The position numbers and the translations under genes are program-made. 64,000 nucleotides of DNA from Marsupella aquatica (lineage: Eukaryota; Plantae; Marchantiophyta), in contig OZ316895.1 of the NCBI GenBank assembly GCA_973895155.1, positions 62,001 through 126,000 on the forward strand, written 5' to 3'. Under the pieces are notes generated by a model. That model was not told the DNA's origin and searched no databases. It was given only the letters and a program-made list of their open reading frames with translations. Positions 62,733-64,000 of the stretch are shown piece by piece. The first letter of the stretch is position 1; each line of letters starts with the position of its first letter.

Positions 62733-64000
62733 CTTCTCCCGTAATGTTGGCCAATTGTACGGAGCCATTGGAGAACTTCATGGTTACTCTAAAGGGTCCT
62801 AACTAGCGAGTGTAAAGCTTCCCTGGAAACCTACTATACCTACTGTCATAAAGTAATACAAGATCACCAGTGTGAATACTAACTTCTTTCAACTCTTTAT
62901 CATATTGCTGCTTCATGATATTCTGTCTATATTCTACTCTCTCGGCTGAAATCATTCTCGCCTCTTCTAAAGCTTCTAACCTATATTCTCGCTCCTTTAG
63001 GCTCTCCTCCGCTGAGGCTCTTTCCTCAATTGTAACTTGAAATGTCGGTATCTCAAGTTGCATGGGTACCAGGGCTTCTTGTCCAAAGGTTAAGGAGAAG
63101 GGTGTATGACCGGTAGTGGTTTTATAGGCTAAATTATAAGCAAAAACAGCAGCAAATAATTTATCATCCCAATCGAGTTTATTCTGAGCTACTGTCTTGT
63201 TCAATATCTTTCCTATAATTCCGTTTGCTCGTTCTGTCAACCCATTTGCCTTTGGATGGTAGGGAGTAGTAGGCCTATGTCTAACTAAATACTGCTCATT
63301 TAAACGACTAATTATATCATTCAGAAAATGGTTTCCTCTATCACTAACTAATTCTAGGGGTGCACCATACCTGGTGAAGATCTGCTCATACATGAATCTA
63401 GCCGTAGTAATTGCATCATCCTTCATGGTCGGTCTGGCCTCTACCCATTTAGTTGCATAATCCGTAGCCAGGATTATATACTTGTTTTGTCGGGGGTGGG
63501 TCAGTGGTTTCAGAGGTCCGATGTAATCAATACCCCACTTCTCGAATGGTGCCAGAGGTAGAATAGGGTGCAGTGGATGTCTGGTGGACGCCCTTGGTCC
63601 TCCCGTTCGTTGACAAGGATCGCATTGTTTGATAAACTGATAGACATCCTTGTGCAAGGTGGGCCACCAGTAACCGGCATTTAATATCTTTTTAGACGTG
63701 GTTACTAGGGCAAAATGTCCGCCGGCTTCTTCTCCATACATAGCCCGTAAGACTCATTTTACCTCTCCCTTTTCTAAACACCTTTGAATCGTGCCGTTGA
63801 TTCCATGCTTGTGCAGTATGCCTTTAATGCACTGATACTGTCTGACCTTCCGCAAAAAGACTGCGGCTTGTTCTCGGCTTAATCCTGGCTGTAATCTGGA
63901 AGTGCTGAGAAATTGTAAAATCTCAGGGTACCATGTATCAGCTAATTCCACAACGAATAGTTCCTCGTCGGGGAATCGATCATCGATGCAATCCGTGGCA
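62733..64000 (-). pseudogene. pol: Gypsy integrase related to family A, interrupted near its C-terminus by LTR B
   Basis: GGHF, CDPCQR, WGIDYIGP, SDRGNHF, NGLTER, then (W>stop)LGPFRV..SNGSVQL. Stops at 63754 and 62803. Confidence 0.92.

Noticed and set aside
58247-64000. One element with an antisense accessory ORF downstream of its integrase
   Set aside because: The integrase breaks before its C-terminus at a CACA boundary (62732), which fits an inserted LTR better.

Overview
Repeat-dense land-plant nuclear DNA, probably from a non-seed plant (low confidence). There is no intact host gene; the window is nested mobile elements plus one gene relic. (1) An Athila-like Ty3/Gypsy element on the minus strand (<1..12521) has ~4.0 kb LTRs that each contain a whole ~870-880 aa ORF. 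It is inserted into a Tork/Tnt1-like Copia element (12522..15863). (2) A solo copy of that coding LTR (16695..20673, TSD CCTCC) splits a relic of the complex I 51 kDa subunit gene (NDUFV1), which is then cut by a second Gypsy family. (3) Two 5'-truncated L1-type LINEs lie tail to tail. (4) A ~21 kb block bracketed by a 153 bp direct repeat carries a Sola-like transposase, a divergently oriented intron-containing gene with a ParB-like domain and a degenerate N4/N6 DNA-methyltransferase-like domain, and an F-box-like ORF. These genes share a dispersed palindrome, CACGGAAC-N3-GTTCCGTG. (5) A Mutator-type foldback MITE and a minisatellite follow. (6) At the right end are a solo coding LTR with an intact 871 aa ORF, a remnant of a sister family, a third ~4.6 kb coding LTR family (~1115 codons) and a Gypsy integrase. 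The two best candidates for an undescribed system are the gene-carrying LTRs and the transposase + ParB-MTase + palindrome module. All domain calls are by-eye motif recognition, not database results.
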